Of a DNA stretch of 64,000 bases, positions 56,592 through 64,000 are shown in pieces. Made by a program: the position numbers and the translations under genes. The notes below the pieces were generated by a model. The model had not been told where the DNA came from and did not search any database. It saw nothing but the letters and a program-made list of their open reading frames with translations. The stretch is from positions 92,139-156,138 of the forward strand of contig JBBRPR010000016.1 of NCBI GenBank assembly GCA_038227875.1, read 5' to 3'. Origin of the DNA: Planctomycetota bacterium. Its GTDB lineage: Bacteria > Planctomycetota > SZUA-567 > H5-PLA8. The stretch's first letter is position 1; every line of letters begins with the position of its first letter.

Positions 56592-59375
56592 CTACTTCGC
56601 GTCCGGCTTTTTCGGCGACATCTGGAACAGCACCGGCAAGACGACCACCGCCGAAAACAGCGCTCCGACATAGCCCAGAATCGCCGTCCACCCAAACGAC
56701 GTCAGCCCCGAATTCGTCCCCACGATCATCGAGCCGTACCCGCCCAGCGTCGTCGCGCAGCAGAGAATCAGGCTGTGCCCGGTCTCCTCCACCACGCTGG
56801 CCACCGAGGGAAACCGGCCGGAATAATTGTCGAAGACCATGTAGATGCCATAGTCGACCGCCGAACCCAGCAGAATCGGGAAGATCATCAGGTTGATGAA
56901 ATTCAGCGACAGGTCCCAGCCCATCCGCGTCGCGAACGCGATCCCGCCCAGCACGAACAGATACGAAAACACCAGCGGAATCATCGCCAGGATCGCCAGG
57001 CGCAGCGAATGCAGCGGATACAGCACCAGCACGGTGATGATCAACGCCACGACGCAGAAGATGATCTCCATGTCGTGAATCACGCTGTGCTTGAGCTCAA
57101 ATCCAACAAAGCGCCCCGCCGTCACGCGCAGCTGGCACTTCGCCGGCGGGTTGGTTTCGAGCGTCCCCGCGACGCGGTCGAGCCACTCCTCGGAATACTG
57201 CAGGTCCTTCGGGAAGAAATAGCAGACCAGCCGCACCCGCGACGTCGAGCCTGAACCCGTCGGCTTGTCCACGCGCGCAAACGGAGCCAGAAATTTTCCG
57301 GCCGGGCTGCTCAGACACTCCTCGATCGAAACGCGGTGCGCATCCCGGATCGATGCGGCGAAATCGTCGAGCATCTTGATGAAATTCGCAAACGCCGCCG
57401 GCGCGTTGGCGCCAAATTCCGCCTGCGCCGCCGCGAGAAACGCCGCCTTCTTGGCCGTAAAATCCAGCGCTTTCAATTTCTGCAGCACGTCGTCCTGCGA
57501 AGCAATGTTCGGCACGTACTGCGCCAGCGTGCCGCCCGGTTTCAGCTCGCCGGTGAGCAGGTATTTTCCAGCCCGCTCCTGGACTTCCTTCATGCCGTTG
57601 AGCGCCGCTGCTTCGTCGTCGCCATCGACGATCACACGCAGATCGGCAAAGCCGCTGTGAAATTTCGACGTGATCTGATCGCGCAGCAGCGAAGCGGGCG
57701 CTGTCTTGTTGCGCAGATTCCCGATGTCCGGATCGAAACGCACCGCCAGGAATTTCTCCATCCCCGGTTCGGACGGCGGCTGAAAAATCACCAGCAGCGC
57801 GCACGCACCCGCCGTCGCCAGTCCCAATCCCAGCCCCACTACGCGCCCGGCCGGACGGGACAAAAATCCGCCCAGCGCGCGCAGACCCAGCGGCGTGGCG
57901 GCCTTCTCCGGCGCGTCACTCGAACCGGCCAGCAGCATCGGAAAGAAAATAAACATCAGGATCGACGAAACAAACAGCCCGATCCCCGTCAGCACGCCAA
58001 ATTCCGCGACCGCCTGAAAGTCCACCACGCCCAGCCCGACAAAGCCCACCACCGTCGTGATGCACGCCATGAAAATTCCCGGCCCGCGCCGCATCAGCGT
58101 CTGTATCACCGCCGCCCGCGGATCGAGCCCCAGATCCAGGCGCAACTTTCTATAGGTGCCGTAGACCATGATTCCATAGTCGACACCCGTGCCGATCAGA
58201 ATCGACGTGAAACCCGCGCCCAGCACGCCGATCCGCCCGCGTGTGACGCCGGCGACCGCCAGTGTGATGACCGCCGCCAGCATCAGCGTGACCGTCACGT
58301 TCAGCGTCAGCCGCAAGCTCCGGTACGCGATGAAGAACACGACCAGCAGCGACAAAAACGCCACGACCGTGCCGCCCATCAGGTCCTTGCGCATCGACTG
58401 CTCGTTCTCGACGCTCACCGCGTGCAGCCCGGTAAAGCCGATGCGCAATTCCGGCTCGCGTTCGCCCTTCTCAAGTTCTCCATAGACTTTCGATTTCAGC
58501 GCCGTCGAAAACGCCAGCCCGCCGTCCGTCTTCCGCGCCGCCGCGATCGCGCGGTTCTCCGCGCGCTGGCAGGCGTCGAGCAGAATGCGGTTGAACGCCA
58601 CGTTGTTGCTCGACTTCGTCGGCCGCGCCAGCACCAGCAGCATCGACTTGTCCGGCGAGAGAAAATACCCGCTCGCGTCCGACGACAACGCCTGCCCTTG
58701 TCCCTGCAGCGCCTCTTGCATGCTCGCCTGCAGCAGTCCGTGCAGATCCAGCGGATCGCGCATCAACTTCTCGCGTTCGGCGCTCGTCCCGACCAGGTCG
58801 CTCAATTCGTCGCGCAGCGCAGTCATGCGCGCTTTGAGCTGCTCGGGCTCGAAGCGCTTCTCGATCTCCGCCAATTCCTTGACCCGCAGAAACAGGTGTG
58901 GCTGAGCCTGCACCAGCGAACGCAATTCCGCCTGAGCCCCCGCGCCCAGCCGGCATTCGACCTGCAGCAGCCACGGACGCGGCGGGTTGTCGAGCGCCGC
59001 TTCGCCCAGCCGGTCCTTCAACTGCTGCCGGTCTTCCGGATTGTTCCCGACGTTCGCCAGCTCCGTGGAAAGCAGCGTGCCGAACGTTTTCAAATCCGCG
59101 AGCGACTTCTCGTTCTTCGCCACGTCCGCCGGCAGCGTCAGCACGCCGACGAGAATGTCGCCGCCAAAATCCGTGGTCACTTCCTTCAGCGCTTTAAAAC
59201 GCGGCAGCCGGTCGGAGACCTGGTTGAGCAGATTGGCGTCGAGATGCTTGAGCGTGTACACCGCGACCGGCAGGCACAGCAGCCCCAGCAACAAGCCGCC
59301 CTTGAGCACCTGCTTGCGCCGCGTGACCAGAAATTCCGCCAGCGTCTTGAACAGTTTTTCAAACGTCTCGAGCAT
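56592..59375 (-). CDS. MMPL/RND-family transporter (HpnN-like lipid exporter)
   Basis: Two TM bundles with GTGVDYGI and GSAVDYGI motifs; large periplasmic loops. Confidence 0.88.
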   Translation of the reverse strand: MLETFEKLFKTLAEFLVTRRKQVLKGGLLLGLLCLPVAVYTLKHLDANLLNQVSDRLPRFKALKEVTTDFGGDILVGVLTLPADVAKNEKSLADLKTFGTLLSTELANVGNNPEDRQQLKDRLGEAALDNPPRPWLLQVECRLGAGAQAELRSLVQAQPHLFLRVKELAEIEKRFEPEQLKARMTALRDELSDLVGTSAEREKLMRDPLDLHGLLQASMQEALQGQGQALSSDASGYFLSPDKSMLLVLARPTKSSNNVAFNRILLDACQRAENRAIAAARKTDGGLAFSTALKSKVYGELEKGEREPELRIGFTGLHAVSVENEQSMRKDLMGGTVVAFLSLLVVFFIAYRSLRLTLNVTVTLMLAAVITLAVAGVTRGRIGVLGAGFTSILIGTGVDYGIMVYGTYRKLRLDLGLDPRAAVIQTLMRRGPGIFMACITTVVGFVGLGVVDFQAVAEFGVLTGIGLFVSSILMFIFFPMLLAGSSDAPEKAATPLGLRALGGFLSRPAGRVVGLGLGLATAGACALLVIFQPPSEPGMEKFLAVRFDPDIGNLRNKTAPASLLRDQITSKFHSGFADLRVIVDGDDEAAALNGMKEVQERAGKYLLTGELKPGGTLAQYVPNIASQDDVLQKLKALDFTAKKAAFLAAAQAEFGANAPAAFANFIKMLDDFAASIRDAHRVSIEECLSSPAGKFLAPFARVDKPTGSGSTSRVRLVCYFFPKDLQYSEEWLDRVAGTLETNPPAKCQLRVTAGRFVGFELKHSVIHDMEIIFCVVALIITVLVLYPLHSLRLAILAMIPLVFSYLFVLGGIAFATRMGWDLSLNFINLMIFPILLGSAVDYGIYMVFDNYSGRFPSVASVVEETGHSLILCCATTLGGYGSMIVGTNSGLTSFGWTAILGYVGALFSAVVVLPVLFQMSPKKPDAK

Positions 59376-59477
59376 TCAACCGATCCACGATTTCCGTTGC
59401 TGACGACCATCATTTTTGAGCGCGTCGTTCTACACCGTGTGAATTCATTTCGCGCGCACAGAACGGCTGCCAGGCCG

Positions 59478-60341
59478 CTACACGTCCACGGGCTCCGGCG
59501 CCATCAGCGTCCCTTCCGGCGAATCGCCGCGGTACTCCACATACACATCCGGACCCATGAAGCGTTTCAGCTCGCGCGCCAGCGTCAGGCCCATCGAACG
59601 GAATTCCTCGTAATTGGTTTTCCGCCGGTGCTCGAACAATCGGATCCACGCCTCAAAACGGTCGCACAGTTCCGGCGGCAGTTTGAGCATGTCGTGGCTG
59701 ATCATGATCTGCGTCGACGAGCCTTCCGGCCCCAGCTTGTAGATCCCGCTGCTGTTGTGATAGGCCATCACGCGGTAGCGCGCCGTCCATTCCCGCAACG
59801 GTCCCGGCGGGGCGGACGGTGCTGCTGCGGAACGCTTACGGGCACCGGGCGTCACCGGCGCATCCACCTCGAAATCCGCGACATCGCGCAGCGGCAGCGA
59901 GAGCGAATCGAGATAGTTGACGACATTTTCAACCAGGATGAACGGCACCAGGATCAGGCTGCGACCCAGCCAGCCGAAGGCCACGGTCATTCCCGTCAGA
60001 GGCCAGAAAAATTCGCTCGCGCAATTGCGGCAGAGAAATCCCGTGATCTCCTTGCGCTGCCAGACAATCAGCATCCCAATGATCTGCCGGAACGTCATCC
60101 GCTTGGTCGGAATCAGCGCCAGGCAATGCTGGCAGGCTTTTGGCGGCATTTCGTACGTCGTCTTCGACGGCCGTCCCAGCCACACCAGCACCAGCGAGAC
60201 GCCCAGCATCGACAGGCCCATCCTGGCATAATACTGCGTCTGCGGAGTGGGCCGGGGAGCCATGGACAGGAAAATAAGCACCGGGCTGATATAGACGCCG
60301 ACATAGCCGACGATCTTCAGCATCCACCGTATGTAAACCAC
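59478..60341 (-). CDS. Hypothetical membrane protein with two CxxC pairs
   Basis: N-terminal TM segments, CQHC...CRNC, soluble C-terminal domain; GGAGAG SD before GTG. Confidence 0.65.
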   Translation of the reverse strand: MVYIRWMLKIVGYVGVYISPVLIFLSMAPRPTPQTQYYARMGLSMLGVSLVLVWLGRPSKTTYEMPPKACQHCLALIPTKRMTFRQIIGMLIVWQRKEITGFLCRNCASEFFWPLTGMTVAFGWLGRSLILVPFILVENVVNYLDSLSLPLRDVADFEVDAPVTPGARKRSAAAPSAPPGPLREWTARYRVMAYHNSSGIYKLGPEGSSTQIMISHDMLKLPPELCDRFEAWIRLFEHRRKTNYEEFRSMGLTLARELKRFMGPDVYVEYRGDSPEGTLMAPEPVDV

Positions 60342-60418
60342 ACCACTCTCCCGAAAGTCCGCTCAGTTTACCCCATCACCGCCGAAACGCGAGCAGCGCG
60401 CTAAGCGGCCTTACGGCC

Positions 60419-60765
60419 GAGGGGCCAGGGGTCAGAGGTGGGCGCAATCGCCGCGAGAATCGCAACGCTCGCGCGGTGGTGGCAAGAAGGCAGAATGCAG
60501 AAGGCAGGAGCAGTTGGGAGTAGAGACTCATCTGAAAAACACGCGAGGGGTGGCCCGGCCCCTCGGGCCGGGTTGCGTAGCAACAAGAAGCTCCAGGACA
60601 GAATCACCTATTTTGAAAAAGTGTACGACTTCGCAGCGCTAGTGGACAGTCGTCGACACTCCGTGAATAGCATCTACTGCTCCTGCCGTCTGCTTACTCT
60701 CCTCCCAAAGGCAAAGCTCCCGCTCGACCCGTCCTTGCCGGCGCTCTATTCTGACCCCTGAGCCC
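60419..60765. repeat. Nested inverted composite heptamer element
   Basis: caggggtcaga(60426)/tctgacccctg(60750) and ggcaggagcagt(60503)/actgctcctgcc(60676) pairs. Confidence 0.7.
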
Positions 60766-60868
60766 TAGCAGCCCGTCGAAAAACTTTATTCCGCCAAGCT
60801 ATTCCGTGAAACGCCTGGCAGTAAAGGCGTTTCGCGGCGTAGGCCAGGCGTAATCAACGGGCTGCTCG
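60765..60868. mobile_element. MITE-like palindromic element of about 100 bp
   Basis: Ends agcagcccgtcga / tcaacgggctgct, overlapping a CTAG at the left end; inner hairpin ccgtgaaacgcct/aggcgtttcgcgg; no ORF. Confidence 0.5.
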
Positions 60869-61036
60869 CGCTCGCGCTACGACAATCATCCACCGAATAT
60901 CATCACCGCGTGACCGCCACGCGCCGCGCCGCCGCGCGTTCTCATAGGAGAAATCGCACTTCGCACGCGCTGGCCCGCCACTTGCCATATATAGCCTCGT
61001 ACAGTTCGTGAACGTTTTTTTGAGAGCGATACAATC

Positions 61037-61192
61037 ATGTCCATTGCGCGAATCTTGCTGGCCATCTGGCTGATTGTCAGCGGCATCATCTGGATGACCG
61101 GTCCCACTTTCCCCGGCGCGTTTGCGATCGAAGGAATCCTCGCGATCCTCGCCGGCATCTTCATTGCCATCAAACCGGAGGGCGTACTATGA
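61037..61192 (+). CDS. Small 2-TM membrane protein A (51 aa)
   Basis: MSIARILLAIWLIVSGIIWMTGPTFPGAFAIEGILAILAGIFIAIKPEGVL; below the ORF-track cutoff. Confidence 0.75.
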   Translation: MSIARILLAIWLIVSGIIWMTGPTFPGAFAIEGILAILAGIFIAIKPEGVL

Positions 61193-61335
61193 AAGCCTGG
61201 CGCATTCTGCTCGTCATTTACCTGATCCTCTGCGGTGTCTACTGGCTCGTCCCCGCGATCTCGTTTCCGTTCCAAGGAGTCCTCATGGGTATCCTCGCTA
61301 TCTGTACCGGCGTCCTATTGATCACAAATAAGTAA
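61189..61335 (+). CDS. Small 2-TM membrane protein B (48 aa), paralog of A
   Basis: MKAWRILLVIYLILCGVYWLVPAISFPFQGVLMGILAICTGVLLITNK; GGAGG SD and ATGA overlap. Confidence 0.78.
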   Translation: MKAWRILLVIYLILCGVYWLVPAISFPFQGVLMGILAICTGVLLITNK

Positions 61336-61400
61336 GCACTGTATACTTGTTTACTATAAGTATACAGTTACCCGCCGCGCACCGACACGCGACGATCTTG

Positions 61401-61413
61401 TAACTTATTGATT
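61401..61413 (-). promoter_or_regulatory. IHF-consensus site in AT-rich intergenic DNA
   Basis: Minus strand AATCAATAAGTTA matches WATCAANNNNTTR. Confidence 0.4.
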
Positions 61414-61449
61414 CTAAGTAACTTATAAATAATTGGACAGCAGTACTAC

Positions 61450-61494
61450 AGTGGCCTCCGGCTTGTGAATACACGCACAAGCCCGGAGGCCACT
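61450..61494 (+). promoter_or_regulatory. Hairpin sequestering the SD of the downstream gene
   Basis: agtggcctccggcttgtg-aatacacg-cacaagcccggaggccact; GGAGG lies in the 3' arm and the ATG is at 61496. Confidence 0.65.
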
Positions 61495-61495
61495 C

Positions 61496-63535
61496 ATGCA
61501 TCGCCCCTTTATAGCAGCGCTCGCCGTTCTGTTCGCGTTCAGCTTCACCGCGCTTCACGCTGAAACCACCGTCGCCGACGCCGGTTCGCAGACACCCACG
61601 GCTGCGACTTCAAAAACCCCCTCCGCTTCCGGAATCGTCAGCCACATCCGCGTCGTCTCCGACAAAGTCGAAGACGTCTCCAGCATGGAAGCGTGGAAAA
61701 AGTCGTTCATTAAAGACGGCATGACCGACGAACAGAAAGCGCTGGCCATCTGGAAAACCGTTTCCGCCTTCCGCCACCAGGACACGCCGCCCGACGATTA
61801 CCTTCAGGACGGCGGCATCAACGACGCGATCAAATCCTTCAATGTCTACGGCTACAATCTCTGCTTCAACGAATCGGCCAGCATCGAAGCCCTGGCGAGG
61901 TACATTGGCCTGCCCGCGCGCGGCTGGATGATCAACCACCACAGCGTTCCGGAAATTTTCTACGACAAAAGCTGGCATCTCTACGACGCCTCACTGCTCA
62001 ATTATTTTCCCAAAGCCGACGGTAAAATCGCCGGCGTCGAAGAAATCATGGCCGGCGTCAAAGACTGGTACGACAAAAATCCCGGCTACCTCGGCAACGA
62101 TGCCAAGCTGATGGAATTCATGAAAGGCGGCAACTGGCGCAAAGGTCCGGAGATTCTTTCCCGCTGCCAGTTCTACAACGACAACGGCTGGCTCCCCGCG
62201 CGCACCCACAGCTGGCAGGCGACGATGATGGAATACAACGGCACCGACGGCGGCGCCGGCAAGCCCTTGCTCTGGGACTACGGCTACGCGCAGGGCTACG
62301 AAGTCAACCTCCAGCTCCGTCCCGGCGAGCGCCTGATCCGCAACTGGTCGAACAAGGGCCTCTTCGTCAACATGGACGGCGGCAACGTTCCCGACGCGCT
62401 GAACGCGAAGGCCGGGCAAGGGGACTTCGCCTACTCCGCCACGCTCTTCGGAGATCTCGCCCCCGGCCGCATCGGCAACGGCGTGCATGAGTACAATCTG
62501 CCGCTGGTGACCGGCGCGTTTAAATCCGGCGCGCTCAGCGTCGACAACCTCGCCTGCACCGCCGACGATCACGCCGCGCCCGCGCTCCATCTCAAAGACG
62601 CCAGGCAGCCCGGCGCATTGGTTCTCCGCATGCCGTCGAGCTACGTCTACTTAAGCGGCACGGCCGACGTCAAAGTCACCGTCGCCAACGGCGGCGAAGT
62701 CGCGCTGTTGATCTCCGACAACAACGGCCTCGACTGGAAAGACGTGAAGCGTTTCAGCGTCTCCGCATCGGAGAAAATCGATCTGAAGCCCTTCGTTTTC
62801 CGCCGCTACGATTACCGCCTGAAAGTAGCCATCACCGGATCCGGCAGCGGGATCGACGCGCTGAAACTCACCCACGACGTCCAGCAATCCCAGCGCGCGC
62901 TCCCTGCCCTGGGCACCGGCCACAACACGATCACCTTTGGCGCTGGCCCGCAGACGGGCACAATCACCGTCGAAGGCAGCGTCCATCCGGGCAACGCCGG
63001 GAAGCAACTGGTCTTCAGCGATTTCCATCCGGAACTTTCCGGCGTCGGCGGCGATCCGCTGCAAGTCACCGGCAACGGCAAAGGCACGATCACGTTTCCC
63101 GTGACCACACCCGGCGACATGAAATCCCTGCGCTTCGGCGCGATCTACCGCGCGCGCGACAAGGCTGACGGCTGGGACTACCAGGTCTCGTTCGATGGCG
63201 GCAAGAGTTTCAAAACCGTCGACCACGCCGCCGGCCCCGAGGCGAGCAATTCCAAGTACACCGTCGTCAACGAGATCCCCGCCGGCACGCGCAGCGCCTT
63301 GGTTCGCTACAGCGGCACCTCCGTCGTAGCCACCTGCCTCTTCAGCTTCCGCATCGACGCCGACTACACCGAACCGCACGGCGCCTTCCACCCCGTCAAG
63401 ATCACCTACGTCTGGGACGAAAACGGCGCCGAAAAAACCAACACCCACATCGCCACGACCGAAAAAGAAACCTACACCCTCGACTGCCCCACCAAACCCG
63501 CCATGAAAAGCATCACCCTGGAACTCGCCGACTAA
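61496..63535 (+). CDS. Secreted protein with transglutaminase-like Cys-His-Asp domain
   Basis: Signal peptide; YNLCFNES...GLPAR....HHSVPEIFYDKSWHLYD; beta-rich C-terminus. Confidence 0.75.
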   Translation: MHRPFIAALAVLFAFSFTALHAETTVADAGSQTPTAATSKTPSASGIVSHIRVVSDKVEDVSSMEAWKKSFIKDGMTDEQKALAIWKTVSAFRHQDTPPDDYLQDGGINDAIKSFNVYGYNLCFNESASIEALARYIGLPARGWMINHHSVPEIFYDKSWHLYDASLLNYFPKADGKIAGVEEIMAGVKDWYDKNPGYLGNDAKLMEFMKGGNWRKGPEILSRCQFYNDNGWLPARTHSWQATMMEYNGTDGGAGKPLLWDYGYAQGYEVNLQLRPGERLIRNWSNKGLFVNMDGGNVPDALNAKAGQGDFAYSATLFGDLAPGRIGNGVHEYNLPLVTGAFKSGALSVDNLACTADDHAAPALHLKDARQPGALVLRMPSSYVYLSGTADVKVTVANGGEVALLISDNNGLDWKDVKRFSVSASEKIDLKPFVFRRYDYRLKVAITGSGSGIDALKLTHDVQQSQRALPALGTGHNTITFGAGPQTGTITVEGSVHPGNAGKQLVFSDFHPELSGVGGDPLQVTGNGKGTITFPVTTPGDMKSLRFGAIYRARDKADGWDYQVSFDGGKSFKTVDHAAGPEASNSKYTVVNEIPAGTRSALVRYSGTSVVATCLFSFRIDADYTEPHGAFHPVKITYVWDENGAEKTNTHIATTEKETYTLDCPTKPAMKSITLELAD

Positions 63536-63544
63536 TCCCACGCC

Positions 63545-63610
63545 CCCCTCGCCCCTCCGGGGAGAGGGCCGACGAGAGCCCGGCTGTATGGGCTCTCGCG
63601 GGGTGAGGGG
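63545..63610. repeat. REP-like palindrome (CCCCTCRCCC...GGGTGAGGGG type)
   Basis: cccctcgcccc / ggggtgagggg arms; inner cgagagccc / gggctctcg. Confidence 0.65.
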
Positions 63611-63774
63611 ATTCCGCGTGGACCGGTCAAAAACGCACCCCGCCTGCAATTTGGCCCATCCCATTCCTCTTGCAATCCAAGCGCCGGAGTGTGCCTCTGG
63701 TGGCTTGTCCACCCGTGCCGAACTCGCGGACCCAGGTGGAGGGCCCGTGAGAGGTTGGATGCGCGGGACGTGTG

Positions 63775-63970
63775 CTATTGCGGTTCATGCTGTTGCTGTT
63801 GCAGTTCATGCCGTTGCTTGCCACCACTTTCAAGTGGTGGTTGCTGCCTGAATGACGCTCCACCAGCCGGCTTCAGCCGGCTTTCCGGCCGTTGCTGAAA
63901 GACTGAGCCAACCGAAGCCCAATTCCCATCCCTGCCGCTCATCAATCATCAATCATAACTCATCATTTTC
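63775..63970. repeat. Cluster of short repeats and palindromes
   Basis: 21-nt tandem gttcatgc.gttgct unit; ccaccactt-tc-aagtggtgg; agccggct-tc-agccggct; ATCAATC heptamers at the end. Confidence 0.55.
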
Positions 63971-64000
63971 TCGCGTAGCACGAAACCGCTGTCGAGTAGC

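Noticed and set aside
63588..63898. Short ORFs at the window end, including the Cys-rich 63689-63898
   Set aside because: They are explained by short tandem repeats and REP-like palindromes, with no SD or coding bias.

Overview
GC-rich bacterial chromosomal window. Gene content suggests Planctomycetota (inference from the type-2 IleRS, giant TPR/PQQ-propeller proteins, 'DF..RE.A...L...G' helical-repeat proteins and heptamer repeat elements). Housekeeping genes are pyrB (3' end), pyrC, carA, ileS, argG and ribF. They are interleaved with an ABC exporter plus MFP, a MacAB-type operon, secreted glycan-related proteins, a large surface protein, a PhyH/Gfo-Idh-MocA/cupin catabolic cluster, a TPR-gluzincin gene with a 3072-aa multidomain partner, and an MMPL transporter. 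No rRNA, tRNA, CRISPR array, integrase, transposase or reverse transcriptase was recognised. The most interesting signals are: (i) a ribosome-dependent attenuator upstream of ileS whose best leader peptide carries three rare Leu codons; (ii) a heptamer repeat element inserted in frame in ileS, 32/33 complementary to a copy in the ileS leader; (iii) a three-palindrome module present twice 43 kb apart with compensatory changes; (iv) an rRNA-like promoter plus boxA-like motif ahead of an unannotated multi-stem RNA candidate; (v) an extracytoplasmic flavinylation-motif and multi-thioredoxin operon; and (vi) two unannotated paralogous small membrane proteins.
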